A stretch of DNA of 64,000 nucleotides, from positions 8,372,001 to 8,436,000 of the forward strand of contig CM075990.1 in NCBI GenBank assembly GCA_038087875.1. Reading direction: 5' to 3'. The position numbers and the translations under genes were made by a program. This document shows positions 63,155 to 64,000 of this stretch, one piece after another; positions within the stretch are counted from its first letter, which is position 1; each line of letters begins with the position of its first letter. Origin of the DNA: Malacoraja senta. Lineage: Eukaryota. Under the pieces are notes generated by a model, which did no database searches, was not told the origin of the DNA, and saw only the letters and a list, made by a program, of their open reading frames with translations.

Positions 63155-64000
63155 GGGGTGGGGAGAAGAAAGGGAAAAGGCGGAGGAGGAGCCCGAGGGC
63201 TGAGGGATGGGAGGAGACAGCCAGAGGGCTGAGGAAGGGGAGGAGACAGCTAGGGTTAGCAAAATTGGGAGAATTCAATGTTCATGCCCCAGGATGCAGA
63301 CTGCCCAAGCGGAATATGAGGTGCAATTCCTCCAATTTCCGGTGTTGCTCGCTCTGGCCATGGAGGAGACCCAGGACAGAGAGGTCGGATTCGGAATGGG
63401 AGGGGGAGTTGAAGTGCTGAGCCACCGGGAGGTCAGGTTGGTTATTGCGGACCGAACGGAGGTGTTCGGCGAAACGATCGCCAAGCCTCCGCTTGGTCTC
63501 ACCGATGTAGATCAGCTGACATCTAGAGCAGCGGATGCAATAGATGAGGTTGGAGGAGATGCAGGTGAACCTCTGTCGCACCTGGAACGACTGCTTAGGT
63601 CCTTGAATGGAGTCGAGGGGGGAGGTGAAGGGAAGAATTGACAAGGGAGTTACGGAGGGAGCGGTCTTTGCGGAAGGCAGACATGGGGGGGAGATGGGAA
63701 GATGTGGCGAGTGGTGGTCACGTTGGAGGGTGGCGAAACTGATGGAGGATCACTTGTTGTATGTGACGGCTGGTGGGGTGAAAGGTGAGGACTAGGGGGA
63801 CTCTGCCCTTGTTGCGAGTGGGGGGATGGGGAGAGAGAGCAGTGTTACGGAGTATGGCAGAGACCCTGGTGCGAGCCTCATCTATGGTGGAGGGGGGGGG
63901 GGGGCAACCCCCATTCCCTGAAGAATGAGGACATTTCGGATGCCCTGGTGTGGAACGCCTCATCCTGGGAGCAGATGCGGCGTAGACGGAGGAATTGGGA
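63155..64000 (-). mobile_element. Penelope-like retroelement: RT C-terminal linker plus GIY-YIG endonuclease, disrupted
   Basis: FTCISSNLIYCIRCSRCQLIYIGETKRRLGDRFAEHLRS...VAQHFN...E...IFRLGSLHPG(MNIEF); upstream RVPLVLTFHPT; frameshift near 63290 and a break near 63640. Confidence 0.9.

Noticed and set aside
62907..63278. ORFs spanning the N run
   Set aside because: Artefacts of the assembly gap
23847..64000. Next GRID exon (expected to begin DIRGLQ-like)
   Set aside because: Not found by eye or in the ORF track; probably beyond the window, though a missed exon cannot be excluded without tblastn

Overview
This is eukaryotic (vertebrate) DNA, not prokaryotic. The repeat set (HE1/V-type tRNA SINEs sharing a 3' tail with CR1/HER1-type LINEs) points to a cartilaginous fish, probably a skate or ray; that assignment is an inference. 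The window is almost all intron of a + strand delta-type ionotropic glutamate receptor gene (GRID1-like). Only one coding exon is visible: 23562-23846, 285 nt, phase 1/1, amino-terminal domain. The rest is dense, often nested transposon debris: about 20 HE1-like SINE copies, many CR1 3' ends (two young ones ~98% identical), Rex1/Babar, L1-Tx1 and RTE remnants, TIR-bearing MITEs, microsatellites, a 200-N gap and a Penelope-like element with a GIY-YIG endonuclease at the right end. Two ribozyme-related signals stand out. First, a ~140-nt non-autonomous retroelement (two copies, 32018-32157 and ~33026-33276) begins with a compact HDV-like ribozyme, structurally intact at 33028-33081. Second, more than 20 Penelope-derived short repeats carry a minimal hammerhead motif (CTGAAGA-AGGGTCTCGACCC-GAAAC-GTC), usually as inverted pairs. 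Family names come from motif recognition, not database searches, and repeat boundaries are approximate unless stated.
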